DNA of 64,000 nt, taken from positions 3,456,001-3,520,000 of the forward strand of contig OZ244065.1 of NCBI GenBank assembly GCA_965215505.1. The letters are read 5' to 3'. The notes below the pieces were generated by a model. The model was not told where the DNA came from. It worked only from the letters and a program-made list of their open reading frames with translations, and made no database searches. The first letter of the stretch is position 1; every line of letters starts with the position of its first letter. A program made the position numbers and the translations under genes. Shown one piece after another: positions 42,618-52,503 of the stretch. The stretch is from Capsulimonadaceae bacterium (GTDB taxonomy: Bacteria > Armatimonadota > Armatimonadia > Armatimonadales > Capsulimonadaceae).

Positions 42618-42818
42618 CTGGAGAGGATATACCCGTTCCTGGAGGACCCCCACCCCCCGCCCCTGCCCTTCACCCCGCTACGGAGGCCCTGCGACTAGGG
42701 GCCGCAAGCGGGAGAGGGAAGCATGAGGGAAAGAAGCCGAACGATTCCCGTTCCTCCTCTGCCTCCAAATCTGACTCCCCTCTCCCGCTTGCGGGGGAGG
42801 GGCGGGGGGTGGGGGGTC

Positions 42819-43547
42819 CTACCGCCCCCACGGCACCAGGAACGGCGTCCCGCTCGCCTCGTAGGCCGCGTACTCCTCCCCATACCTTTCGCGCAGGCGG
42901 GTGGCCTCGTGGCGGGAGGCGGGCCAGGTGTAGAGGGTGATGAGGACGTTAAACAGCAGCAGCCGGGCGGTCATCCGGGGCATCAGCCAGAAGATGGGCA
43001 GTATCCAGAAGTTCAGGGCGTGCCGGCTCTGGCGGAACGGCCCGCCCGTCTTCAAGCGGCCCGCGTCGTCCGCCCCCGGCCCCTGCGCTTCGGGCGCGTC
43101 GGGGACATCGGCCTCACCCCGCAGCAGGGCGGCCAGGCTGTGGAAGCCGGCGAACCGGCGGAACTCGATCTGCCGGACGCCGCCCACCATCTGCCCCAGG
43201 GCGAACGCCTGCCCCAGCCGCAGCAGGCCCGCGACCGGGCCGGAGGCGCGGTACAGCTCGCGGTCGGGCAGCCGAGCCGCGTAAGCCCCCAATGCGCCGA
43301 AGGAGAGCAGGGCGAAGGCCTGATAGAACAGGCGGTACAGGCCGTTCCGCCGACGCTCCCCCAGCAGCCGGGCGGCGGCCTCCTTCGCCGGACGGCACGC
43401 CAGCAGGCTGTGCCCTCCCAAAAACAGCGCGGTCGCCGCCGCCAGTCGCCAGAGCGATTTCCCCAAACGTCTTCTCCAAACGTCTTCTCTTGCCAGGCCG
43501 CTTCTCACGGCACGGCTTTGATCGCCTTCACCGCCTCTTTTACCCAT
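42819..43547 (-). CDS. NnrU / isoprenylcysteine methyltransferase-like membrane protein
   Basis: HSLLA, YRLFY, GPFR.SRH, E..L..RYG..Y..Y...TPFLVP; start uncertain. Confidence 0.65.
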   Translation of the reverse strand: MGKRGGEGDQSRAVRSGLAREDVWRRRLGKSLWRLAAATALFLGGHSLLACRPAKEAAARLLGERRRNGLYRLFYQAFALLSFGALGAYAARLPDRELYRASGPVAGLLRLGQAFALGQMVGGVRQIEFRRFAGFHSLAALLRGEADVPDAPEAQGPGADDAGRLKTGGPFRQSRHALNFWILPIFWLMPRMTARLLLFNVLITLYTWPASRHEATRLRERYGEEYAAYEASGTPFLVPWGR

Positions 43548-44741
43548 TCCAGGTTCACATCGCCCTGCTCGATGCTCGGCGGGATGGCGTAGCCTTCCGT
43601 CCAGCCGTTCCAGGTGTCTATGGACAGGCCATCGGTCTGGTAGCGCAGGGCGAGGGCCTCCTGACGCTGCCGCCAGGACGCACTGAAGCCGTAGACGGGC
43701 AGGCCGGGGAAGACGAGGTGGGCGTCATAGCCGGGCAGGACCGGCGCGATCAGCGGGATGCCGGAGTCGGCCCAGTGCCGCAGGACCGACTCGGCGTGCT
43801 GCCGGCGCTCCTCCTCGGTGATCGCGCCCTGGTCGGCCTTGTAGGTGACACCCTGGGCGGTGATGTTGTACGGGTTGATCGCCAGGACGCTGGCCTGATG
43901 CCGCAGCGCCTCGGGGTCCGGCCCGGCCTCGGGGCCGTAGGCGGAGAGGGGCACCGGGTCGAGGAGGAAGCCGACATCATACCCCGTCTCCTGCTTCAGA
44001 CGGGCGGCGGCGGTGCCGAAACCCTGGGCGAAAGTTTCGGGAGCGATTGCGCCGCCGTGGATGGTTTCGAGGAGCCACAGGGCGTGGCGGGGCCGTCCGT
44101 CCCGGTCGGTGACGCGCAGCCAGTTCGGCTCGTCCCCGAAGTTTTTGAGCAGCCACCCGGCCCGCTGGGCCAGCGGGTCAAGGTTTGCGGGGAAGTCGGC
44201 ATAGAACGGGAAGCGCGGGCCGACCTCCAGCATGGGCGCGACCAGCAGCCCGTGCGCCCGCGCCAGGGCGAAGAAGTGGCGGGCCAGCGCGACCTGCTCC
44301 GCCTCGGCGTAGGGTCCGGGTTTGGTGTCGCCCGGCCAGCGCGTCCGGGAGAAGAGCCAGGCGGGCGCGGAGGAGTCCGTCTCGCCGTCGTGCCCCCAGT
44401 AGGAGAGCTTGACCGTGTTCAGCCCCGCCGAGGCCAGGAGCGCCAGTTGCCCGTCCATGTCGCCGTCCCCGGCCGGCGGCTTGACCGCCGCCGCCGGGTG
44501 CCGGGTGTAGAGAGCCGGGGTTGGGCGGCCCCGCGAAGAACAGGGCGCTCAGGAGGCGCTCGCCGTGGTGCAGGGGGTTCGCGATGCGGCCCCAGACGGG
44601 CTTTGCTACGGGCGGCGGAACAGGAGCCGGAGCGGCGACGGCGGGCCGCAGGCCGAGCATCAGGCCGAGCATCAGGAGAGTACAGGCCAGGGCGAGTGCG
44701 AGGCGTCGGGTGCGAGAGGCGCGGGGGGTTCGTTTTGACAT
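43505..44741 (-). pseudogene. Secreted glycoside-hydrolase-like (GH99/DUF5010-like) gene split by a frameshift near 44517
   Basis: Signal-peptide ORF and downstream ORF (SYWG, PGYDA, TWNGWTEG..IPPS) join if one base is removed from a G4 run. Confidence 0.55.
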
Positions 44742-44960
44742 TTTTTCATCGCATGATTTCTGCGGTCTTCCCGCTCCCCCTGCCGACAGTTCGTTTTCGC
44801 AGATTTCGTTGTTGTGATCGCACGGCCTCTTCCGCCGTGTGCGCGGATGGCATTTCAGTTGTCTACCATTATACCCGATGGGAATGGATATTTGGCCGTC
44901 CGCCCGGTGGGAAGCGTCCAGGTGCGAGGCGGTGCGCTTGCCACGGGGCCGGGTGGAGTC

Positions 44961-45896
44961 CTATCTGAACCGCGCCAACGCTTCCCCGGCGGCTTTCTTC
45001 ACAGGGTCGGTCCCGTAAGCCGCCGCCTGCTGAAACGCCGCCTTCACCTGCTGGGCGTCGGCGACCTTCAGGCGGGCCTTGGCGCCGAGGTTCTGCCAGC
45101 CGTAGCCGTAGTAGTAGTTCGTCAGCGGCGAGTCCGGGCATAGCCGCCGGGCCGCGTCGAACTCCCCCATCGCCTTGTCGTACTGTGAGCCGGAGAAGGT
45201 GGCGCACAGGCCCAGCGCGACGTGCGCCGCCGCCTGGAGGTCCGCCGCAGGGGTTCCGGGGGGCAGGGCGAGGCTCATGCCGGGGCGGTCCGACTCGGGC
45301 ACCCGGATCACCGCCTTGCGGTAGATGACGGCGGCCTCCGCCCCCTGGCCGGTCTGACTGAGCAGCAGGGCGTACTTCATCCAGGCGACCTCCGCCCCCC
45401 CGCCGGGGCAGACGCGGATGTCCGGGTTGAACTGCCCATGGAGGGGGATGTCGTTCTGGATGGGGGTGGTGAAGGGCGGCCCGTAGATGCCGCCCCGGTA
45501 GGCGGCGATGGCCTCCGCGCCCCGCCCCTGGCCGGTCAGCGCCTCGGCGAGTTCATAGTAAGTGCTTGGCGACGGGCAGGTGTCAAGGCTCTCCCGGAAG
45601 GCGGCCTCGGCGGCGGTGTAGTCGCCGTCGCGGAGGGCCTTCGCCCCGGCGTGTTCCAGTTCGTTGATCTTCGCGAGGACTGCGGCGGAGTGTGCCTTCT
45701 GCTCAGGCGTGAGGGAGGAGCGGTGTATGTCATGGCTGGCCCGGAAGAAGTAATCTAGAGCCGCCCGCAATGCTTGCGGCGAAGGGGTGCTTGGTGTCGG
45801 ACTTGCCTGAGCAGTACCTGTTTGGGCTGTGTTCGTTTGAGCCACACACGGCGAGGCTGTGATGGTCAGTGCGAGAAGAAGAATGGCTGGTTTCAT
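44961..45896 (-). CDS. Secreted TPR-like protein
   Basis: Signal peptide; LAEAL..QGR..EAIAAYR, NYYYGYGW. Confidence 0.75.
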   Translation of the reverse strand: MKPAILLLALTITASPCVAQTNTAQTGTAQASPTPSTPSPQALRAALDYFFRASHDIHRSSLTPEQKAHSAAVLAKINELEHAGAKALRDGDYTAAEAAFRESLDTCPSPSTYYELAEALTGQGRGAEAIAAYRGGIYGPPFTTPIQNDIPLHGQFNPDIRVCPGGGAEVAWMKYALLLSQTGQGAEAAVIYRKAVIRVPESDRPGMSLALPPGTPAADLQAAAHVALGLCATFSGSQYDKAMGEFDAARRLCPDSPLTNYYYGYGWQNLGAKARLKVADAQQVKAAFQQAAAYGTDPVKKAAGEALARFR

Positions 45897-45932
45897 CGGC
45901 TTGGGTTCCTAAACGAAGTCGCTCCCGGCCCG

Positions 45933-46718
45933 TCACGCCGGCTTGTTGAGGCGGTTCAGCGTCTTCCGGGCGGCCTCCTTGACATCCGCCCGGCCCATCA
46001 GGATCGCCTTCTTCAGCGACGCTTTGGCCTGCTGCCCGCTGCCGAACTCCAGGCGCTCCTTCGGGTTCAGCTTCTCCCAGCCGAAGCCGTAGTAGTAGTT
46101 CGCCAGGTCCGCGTCCGGCGCGAGCCGCAGCGCCTTGCTGAACTCGGCCATCATCTCCTTGTATTGGCCCTCCCCCGCCCAATCGTCCCCCGCGTCGTAC
46201 ATCACGCCCTGGGCGATGTGGAGGGCCACCGCCAGCGCGACCGGCTCCGGTGTGTCGGGCGCGAAGTGGCTGTTCGCCCGCAGGAGGTCCTTCTCGGGGA
46301 ATTGAGCTATCGCCTGGTTGTAGACGGTGGCGGCCTGTCCCCATTGGCCCGACTTGAGCAGCAGCAGGGCATAGGGGAAAAGAACGCGCGGGTATTGAGC
46401 CTGCTCATCCACCACCATCACGCGGTAGGCATGGAGAGCTTCCTGGTTTTTCCCCTGCGCGTCCAGCGCCGCCGCCAGCACTTCTTCGCCCACATCGCTG
46501 TCGTGACCTCGGGACAGCGCCTCCCGTGCCTCCGTCTCTGCCTGGGCGTAACGGCCCGCGTGCAGCGAGGCGGCGGCATCGTGAACCACTTGTGCGGTCT
46601 TCTCCAGGAACGCCTGCCGTTCGGGCGTGATCTGTACGGGGTTGGCAGGCTGGGCCAGGGCGGCGGGAGCGGCGCTCAGGCAGAAGGCCAGAGCCGCATA
46701 GAGTGTTTGTATTTTCAT
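45933..46718 (-). CDS. Secreted TPR-like protein, paralog of 44961-45896
   Basis: Shared YALLL..GQ and M.EF..A.RL.PD..L.NYYYG.GW. Confidence 0.75.
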   Translation of the reverse strand: MKIQTLYAALAFCLSAAPAALAQPANPVQITPERQAFLEKTAQVVHDAAASLHAGRYAQAETEAREALSRGHDSDVGEEVLAAALDAQGKNQEALHAYRVMVVDEQAQYPRVLFPYALLLLKSGQWGQAATVYNQAIAQFPEKDLLRANSHFAPDTPEPVALAVALHIAQGVMYDAGDDWAGEGQYKEMMAEFSKALRLAPDADLANYYYGFGWEKLNPKERLEFGSGQQAKASLKKAILMGRADVKEAARKTLNRLNKPA

Positions 46719-47032
46719 GGTGTGTCTCTGATCTCTCCCATGGGCGGCGAAGAAGGCGGCGGGGGACGACGATGTCCAGTACCACGACTATAGCACAGAC
46801 ACCGAAAAAGCGCAAGGAGGGCGGCGACAGGACGGCCCCCCCGCCCCCAATTCTGGGGGTGCATGAGAAGGAGGGAGAGCCGGGGGAGAGGGGGGCGCGG
46901 ATCTAGGAAAGAGGGCGCGGATCTAGGAAAGAGGGCGCGGCAAGACAAGAGGGCGCGGCAAGACAAGAGGGCGCGGCAAGCGGCGCCCCTACGAGGCTTG
47001 GACAATGCATCCGGAGCCGCAGCGGGGGAGGG

Positions 47033-49036
47033 TCAGAAGCCTTTGTTCACGTCCATGCGGAAGGTGCCGGTCAGGGTGCTGGGCGTGTCCTTGGTTTTGC
47101 GGGACCAGTTCGTCACCTCGCCGTTGAAGGCGATCGAGTCGGCGTCGTCCATTTTGCAGGTGAAGGTCATCTTGAAGGTCTGGCCGGGGACCGTCGTGCC
47201 GTCCACGCGCAGCTCGGGGCGGCCGAGCATCAGGGCGATGCTCTCGTGGGGCGTGATGTCGCCTTTGAAGCCGGCCAGCCAGCGTTCCAGGCCGGAACGG
47301 TCCGCGCGGTCGTCCGTGTGTTCGTACTGGAGGTTCCAGGCGAGGGTGCGGGTCAGAGCGCCGTCGGCCTCGTAGTGCGACAGGACGGAGTCATGGACCG
47401 AGCCGTCGGGCTGCTCCGACTGGTTGAGGTAGTGGTAGCCCAGGGTGACGTGATGCAGGTGCATCCCGACCGTGTAGTCGCGGACGTCGGCGAGGCGGCC
47501 TCCTAATGTCTGCGTGCGGGACTTGTAATAAAGGCTGTAGTGCAGCCAGTCGCCCGGCGCGATGCTGGCGACGCGGACGGCGCGGCTGACGAGGGTGGAG
47601 CGGGCCTTGTCCCAGCCCGATTCCGCCCCGGCGTACTGCAAAGTGACGTGGGCGTCCGGCAGGTCCGACTCGAAACACAGGGCGCGCGTGTCGCTCTGCA
47701 TCTTCCCCTGGGACACGGCCTGGGCGAGACTGATGACCGCCTTGGAATTCCGCAGGCCGCGCAGGCGCAGGGCGTCCAGGGTGGCCGTCATGTCCCGCTT
47801 CTCACCCCGATCCGCTCCCCCGCTTGATGCCCCGGCGGCGGCGCTCTGGGCGTTGACGCCGTCCCAGTGCCCTGCCAGCGTCAGGCCCTTCGACGCGCGC
47901 CAGTCCATCTCCAGATGCTCGGTCGTCCGGGCCGTCCGGCTGCCGTCCTTGGCGGTCGCGCCGGCCTGGAGGAACGAGGCTTTCAGCCCCAGACCCTTCA
48001 CCTGCCGGTCGATGTCCACGCCCATCGCCTGGTCGGTCGCCTTCGCGCCCGCTTTATCGCCGCCGTCCAGGAGGCTGTTCGAGCCGAAGTGTGCGGCGAC
48101 GTGCGTCCCTTTGATCTGGTCGGCGAAGGCGTAGGCGAGGTGCTGCTCGGCCCGGCCCTTCGTGTCCCCGATCAGGCTGGCTTCGGCGGAAAGTGTCAGC
48201 CCCTTGCCGCCGTCCATCCCGAGCTTCAGGTGGTCCGTGGTGGTCGTCAGGGCCTGTGCGTCGCCCTGGGTCGGTCTGGCGTTCAGGGCGTCCCGGCTGG
48301 CCTCGAACTGGAATCCGTGGCCGAAGGTGCGGCCCAGGGACAAGGTCTGCTGGGTGGTTTTGAGGTGGGTGACGGCGTTGTCGTTCTCCTTGAAGGCCGC
48401 GCCGAGGGTGCCGTGGGCGTCCGCGCGGGTCAGCCCGAAGCCGAGATCGTTCTGCCCGCGCAGGGCGGCGAGCTGCCCCGCCACGGCGGCCGTCAGGTCT
48501 GAGGCCAGGCCCAGGGAGGGGGCCGCGCCTTTGAGCGCGTCGGCCGCGCCGAAGTCTTTGCCGACGGACTGGTAGTGGGCGTCCAGCTTCCAGCCCTTGT
48601 TTTCAAACGCCAAAGCCTGCGAGACGACCGAGGAGGCTTTGGCTTTGCCGTCGCCGCCCGGCCCGTTCGCGAGGTACATCAGGCCGTTCAGGTGGAGGGC
48701 GTCGTGGCCGAAGGCGAGGGCGTTGGAAAAGCCGTAGGTGGCGGCGCGGGGCGCGGCGGCCGTCTTCGTGTCGGCGGCGGGCGAGGCGGCGGCGAGGTTG
48801 TAGAGGAAAGAGACGCCGCTGCCGTGGCCGAACTGGACGTTCACCGGGAGCAGAAGGGGGGCGGTCGGGGCAGAGGCCGTGGTAAAGCTATGGGCCAGGG
48901 GGACGGCGGGGCCGTCCGCGTGGGCGGGGGCGGCGGCCAGGCAGAGCCAGCCGAGGGCGACCCCGAGCCGTCGGGGTGTTTTCGTGGTGCTGCTGGTTTT
49001 TCCCCTGCTTGAAAGAGCCATAGGTTTCCGGGCCAT
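47033..49036 (-). CDS. Hypothetical exported beta-rich protein, possibly an outer-membrane barrel
   Basis: Signal peptide AHA-D; amphipathic beta-like segments; terminal Phe; start uncertain. Confidence 0.6.
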   Translation of the reverse strand: MARKPMALSSRGKTSSTTKTPRRLGVALGWLCLAAAPAHADGPAVPLAHSFTTASAPTAPLLLPVNVQFGHGSGVSFLYNLAAASPAADTKTAAAPRAATYGFSNALAFGHDALHLNGLMYLANGPGGDGKAKASSVVSQALAFENKGWKLDAHYQSVGKDFGAADALKGAAPSLGLASDLTAAVAGQLAALRGQNDLGFGLTRADAHGTLGAAFKENDNAVTHLKTTQQTLSLGRTFGHGFQFEASRDALNARPTQGDAQALTTTTDHLKLGMDGGKGLTLSAEASLIGDTKGRAEQHLAYAFADQIKGTHVAAHFGSNSLLDGGDKAGAKATDQAMGVDIDRQVKGLGLKASFLQAGATAKDGSRTARTTEHLEMDWRASKGLTLAGHWDGVNAQSAAAGASSGGADRGEKRDMTATLDALRLRGLRNSKAVISLAQAVSQGKMQSDTRALCFESDLPDAHVTLQYAGAESGWDKARSTLVSRAVRVASIAPGDWLHYSLYYKSRTQTLGGRLADVRDYTVGMHLHHVTLGYHYLNQSEQPDGSVHDSVLSHYEADGALTRTLAWNLQYEHTDDRADRSGLERWLAGFKGDITPHESIALMLGRPELRVDGTTVPGQTFKMTFTCKMDDADSIAFNGEVTNWSRKTKDTPSTLTGTFRMDVNKGF

Positions 49037-49173
49037 TCCCCATTCTCGGCGGCGAAGCACTCTTACTGTACCCGATTCATACGAAATCGGTCCTACGAAA
49101 TCGGGTGCGTTGGCTATGGAGACAAGAAGGGCGTGGGAAAGTTTCAGGAGTTTTGGGGTGTCCCGTCATGTGC

Positions 49174-49236
49174 CCACGACGGGACCGGACCACGACGGGA
49201 CCGGACCACGACGGGACCGGACCACGACGGGACCGG
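49174..49236. repeat. 16-bp tandem repeat, ~4 copies
   Basis: CCACGACGGGACCGGA. Confidence 0.9.
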
Positions 49237-49259
49237 CGCGTTGATTAGGCCCGCAAGAA

Positions 49260-49470
49260 CCCGGCCCTGAAGGGCCGGTCTAAGGTTTCATTGGGGTATT
49301 CCCGGCTCCGCCGGTGGGCCGCCCCTTCGGGGCTGAGGACAGGAGGGCAGAAAAGAGGTCACGGCGGGGGAAAGAGGTCGCGGCAAGCGGCGCCCTACGA
49401 GGCCTGAACGATGCCGTCCGAAGCCCCGAAGGGGCGGCCCATCCGTGTAGACCGGCGGTTCAACGCCGGG
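49260..49470. repeat. Family-B element enclosing a GTAG REP
   Basis: CCCGGCCCTGAAGGGCCGGTCTA..GCCCCTTCGGGGC / GCCCCGAAGGGGC..GTAGACCGGCGGTTCAACGCCGGG. Confidence 0.88.
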
Positions 49471-50151
49471 TCATCGGGACTTTTCTGCCTTCTTCCGCCT
49501 GCCGGCGATCACGCCCCCCAGGCCCAAGGCCAGGAGCAGGGAGAAAGAGACCGTCGTGGACGCCTCGGGGACGGGGGCACCCACCTGAACGCTGAACGCG
49601 CCCTGAGTGGCGGTCTGGTTGGTGTAGGGCTGGCTGTTGAAACTGTTGAGGTGCGGACCCGTCTCGCCGATGGAGTTAAAGCTCCATGCGCCCGCCTCGT
49701 TACCCGTCTCCACCTCGTACAGAAAGTAGGAGGCCCCGGCCGTCAGCAGCGGATGGCTTGTCGAGGTGATGAGGAGACTGGAGGAGGACACCCCGAATAT
49801 CGGGAGGTTTGTGATCGTAAAGCTTTCCAGAATCGCGCCCGGCACCCCGCCGGAAGCATTCGCCAGGAACAGATGGGCGTCGTTGGTCCCGCTGTAATGC
49901 TGGAGCGCGATGTTGATGGTGCTGAGATTGCCGCTGGCGGAGGCGGTGAAGCCCTCGCCCTGGCTGTCGGTGCCGTTAGAGGCGGCGAGAGGGTTTGTCG
50001 GGCCATACGATAAATAGGCGGAGGTGCCGAACGTGTTACCCGGCCCGAAGTTGCTGAACACCGTGGTCTGGGCGAGGGCGGCTGGGGCGGACAGGGCGAG
50101 GGCCAGGCCTGCCAGTGCCAGCCCGAGGCCGGCCTTGTGGAGAGTGGACAT
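49471..50151 (-). CDS. PEP-CTERM sorting-domain protein
   Basis: Signal peptide; VPEASTTVSFSLLLALGLGG..RRKK; RBS AAGGA. Confidence 0.85.
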   Translation of the reverse strand: MSTLHKAGLGLALAGLALALSAPAALAQTTVFSNFGPGNTFGTSAYLSYGPTNPLAASNGTDSQGEGFTASASGNLSTINIALQHYSGTNDAHLFLANASGGVPGAILESFTITNLPIFGVSSSSLLITSTSHPLLTAGASYFLYEVETGNEAGAWSFNSIGETGPHLNSFNSQPYTNQTATQGAFSVQVGAPVPEASTTVSFSLLLALGLGGVIAGRRKKAEKSR

Positions 50152-50240
50152 GTTGACATTTCCTTTCGGACGAAGAGGAACCGAGTCAAGGCGGGATCGC
50201 CTGCGGCGGGGGGAGTGCGGGACGCCACACAATACTCCCA

Positions 50241-50257
50241 TGCACAAACCATGCCAA
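50241..50257 (-). promoter_or_regulatory. sigma54 -24/-12 promoter
   Basis: Minus strand TTGGCATGGTTTGTGCA (GG-N10-GC). Confidence 0.65.
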
Positions 50258-50453
50258 ACAGGCATTTTGGCGGGGCGGCGTGAATAGGACCTTCCGCGTG
50301 TAATGGGGGGGGCGCGGAAAAACAGAAAACTTTTTTGGGAACATAACTGACATTTTTATCGTCTGTTGTGGGGAGACGGGAACTTTACTGTCCGAATAAA
50401 CGCTATTTTTTGCGTTCTTGCGCCATTTTAGGGACAAATCAATGTGCAACTTG

Positions 50454-51299
50454 ATGGACACGCGCGACACACCGGTCATGGATGCTCCCGCCCCGACTCC
50501 CCCGTCCCCTGTCCCGCGCCAGGCCAAACGGCCGGGCGCGATGACGAGTGAGACCGACATCCACGTCCTGCTCCGCCACCACGCCGAGACGCGGTGCGGG
50601 CGCAGCCGGGAGGCGATCATCGCCCACTACCAGGGGCTGGTGCGGTCGCTGGCCGTGCGCTTCCTGTCCCGCTCCGAGTCGCTGGACGATCTGGTTCAGG
50701 TCGGCTCCATCGGCCTGATCCGGGCGGTGGACCGCTACGACCCCGCGCGCGGCCTGCCGTTCCCGGCCTACGCCGCGCCGTCGATCCTGGGGGAGATCAA
50801 GCACCACTTCCGGGACCGGACTTGGTCGGTGAAGGTGCCGCGCTCGCTCCAGGAGCGCCTGCTGGCCGCCCGGAAGGCGGACGCCGCGCTGACCGCGCGC
50901 CTGGGCCGGAGGCCGACGGTGGCGGAGGTCGCGGGGGAGCTGAACCTGGCCGAGGAGGACGTCCTGGAGGCGATGGAGACGGGCCGCAAGACGCGCGCCG
51001 ACTCGCTGGACCGGCCCCTGGAGGGGGAGGGGGGCGAGGACGGGCTGACCCTGATGGACCAGGTGGGGTCGTGGGACTCGGACATGCACGCCTGGGAGGC
51101 GTACACGGACCTGGTCCGGGCGGTGTCGTGCCTGAACCCGCGCGAGCAGGAGATCCTGCGCCTGCGCTTCTGGGAGGACCAGTCGCAGACGCAGGTGGCG
51201 GAGCAGCTGGGCCTGTCGCAGATGCACGTCTCGCGCCTCCAGGCCCGCGCCCTGTGCCGGCTGAAGGGGATACTGGCCGACGAGGCGGGGCGGTGGTGA
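50454..51299 (+). CDS. SigB/SigF-type RNA polymerase sigma factor
   Basis: DDLVQVG.IGLIRAVDRYDP, I.GEIKHHFRD.TW.VKVPR, SQMHVSRL; start uncertain. Confidence 0.9.
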   Translation: MDTRDTPVMDAPAPTPPSPVPRQAKRPGAMTSETDIHVLLRHHAETRCGRSREAIIAHYQGLVRSLAVRFLSRSESLDDLVQVGSIGLIRAVDRYDPARGLPFPAYAAPSILGEIKHHFRDRTWSVKVPRSLQERLLAARKADAALTARLGRRPTVAEVAGELNLAEEDVLEAMETGRKTRADSLDRPLEGEGGEDGLTLMDQVGSWDSDMHAWEAYTDLVRAVSCLNPREQEILRLRFWEDQSQTQVAEQLGLSQMHVSRLQARALCRLKGILADEAGRW

Positions 51300-51326
51300 A
51301 CCGTCTCCTACGGGTTGACGGTGAAG

Positions 51327-51455
51327 GGGCGTGATGAATCACGCCCTTCTTTCTGCCCCCCTTCCGGCATGGGAGAACAGGGCGCAGAGGGGAGAACAGG
51401 GCGCGATGAATCGCGCCCCTACGCAAGAAGGGCGCACACGCAGGTGCGCCCCTAC
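51327..51455. repeat. Cluster of three GTAG-type REPs
   Basis: GGGCGTGATGAATCACGCCC, GGGCGCGATGAATCGCGCCCCTAC, GGGCGCACACGCAGGTGCGCCCCTAC. Confidence 0.75.
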
Positions 51456-52492
51456 CGCGTCAAAGTCACCTTAGACAGCCCGCGCGGGCTGTCGGGGTCC
51501 AGGCCCTTCTTCAGAGACAGGTAGTAGGTGAAGAGCTGGCCGGCGATGATGTAGACCAGCGGGCTGACCCACTCGGCGACGGCGGGGATGCGGACGGCGG
51601 TCTCGCTGCCGGCGAGGAAGGCGGCGTCGTGGGCGAAGCAGATCAGGGCCGGATGCTGGGCGCGCAGGGTCTCGGCCAGCTTCGCCATCGGGGCGAAGGC
51701 TTTGCCGTCGGGGGCGAACAGGAGGCAGGGGAAGCCGGAGACGACCTGGGTGATCGGGCCGTGCTGGAAGTCGGCGGCGGAGTAGGCCTGGGCGGACAGG
51801 GCGCAGGTCTCGGTCAGCTTCAGGGCAAGCTCGGCGGCCGTCGCGTGGTTGTAGCCCCGGCCCAGGATGATGCACTGGTCCATGTCGGCATACTTGTCCA
51901 CGAGGTGCCGGATGGCGTCGTCGGACCCCAGGGCCTGCTCCATCGAGTCGGCGGCCCGGCGCAGGTGTTCCAGCCGCTCCGGGTGGGACTCGTCCAGGGC
52001 CGTCGAGAGCAGGGCCAGCAGGGCGAGCGACCCGGTGTAGGTCTTGGTGGCGGCGACGCTTAACTCTTCGCCGGTGCCGATGGAGAGCGGGAACTCGGCG
52101 GCCTGGGCCAGAACCGAGCTGGGGTCGTTGGTGATGGAGGCGGTCAGCGCGCCGGACTCGCGCGCCCTTTTGACCACCTCCAGGACGTCCGGCGCGGCCC
52201 CCGACTGCGAGATTCCCAGCACCAGCGCGTTCTCGCCCAGACGCGGCAAAGCCCCGTAGAGCGTGAAGACGGAGGGCGCGGCCAGGGCGACCGGGATGCC
52301 GTGCTGGATCTCCAGGACGTACTTGCCGTAGAGGGCGGCGTTGTCCGAGGTCCCGCGCGCGGCGACATAGGCGAAGGCGATCTGGCGGCGCTTGATCTCG
52401 GCGGCCAGGGCCTCGACGTGGTGGAACTGTTCGCCGATGATGTTCCGGACGACTTCGGGCTGCTGCCGGATCTCGTCGAGCATGTGCGACAT
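51452..52492 (-). CDS. Double-SIS-domain sugar-phosphate isomerase/deaminase (GlmS C-terminal-like)
   Basis: EIRQQP, ARGTS, ISQSG, VAATKTY, ELALKLTE, DSPRGLSKVT. Confidence 0.9.
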   Translation of the reverse strand: MSHMLDEIRQQPEVVRNIIGEQFHHVEALAAEIKRRQIAFAYVAARGTSDNAALYGKYVLEIQHGIPVALAAPSVFTLYGALPRLGENALVLGISQSGAAPDVLEVVKRARESGALTASITNDPSSVLAQAAEFPLSIGTGEELSVAATKTYTGSLALLALLSTALDESHPERLEHLRRAADSMEQALGSDDAIRHLVDKYADMDQCIILGRGYNHATAAELALKLTETCALSAQAYSAADFQHGPITQVVSGFPCLLFAPDGKAFAPMAKLAETLRAQHPALICFAHDAAFLAGSETAVRIPAVAEWVSPLVYIIAGQLFTYYLSLKKGLDPDSPRGLSKVTLTR

Positions 52493-52503
52493 GGCATTAC
52501 CTC

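Noticed and set aside
42650-42817. Further G/C-rich hairpins (also 1041-1091, 23321-23350, 25499-25543, 53482-53561, 61088-61120)
   Set aside because: Could be terminators or other REP types, but there are too few similar copies here to define a family
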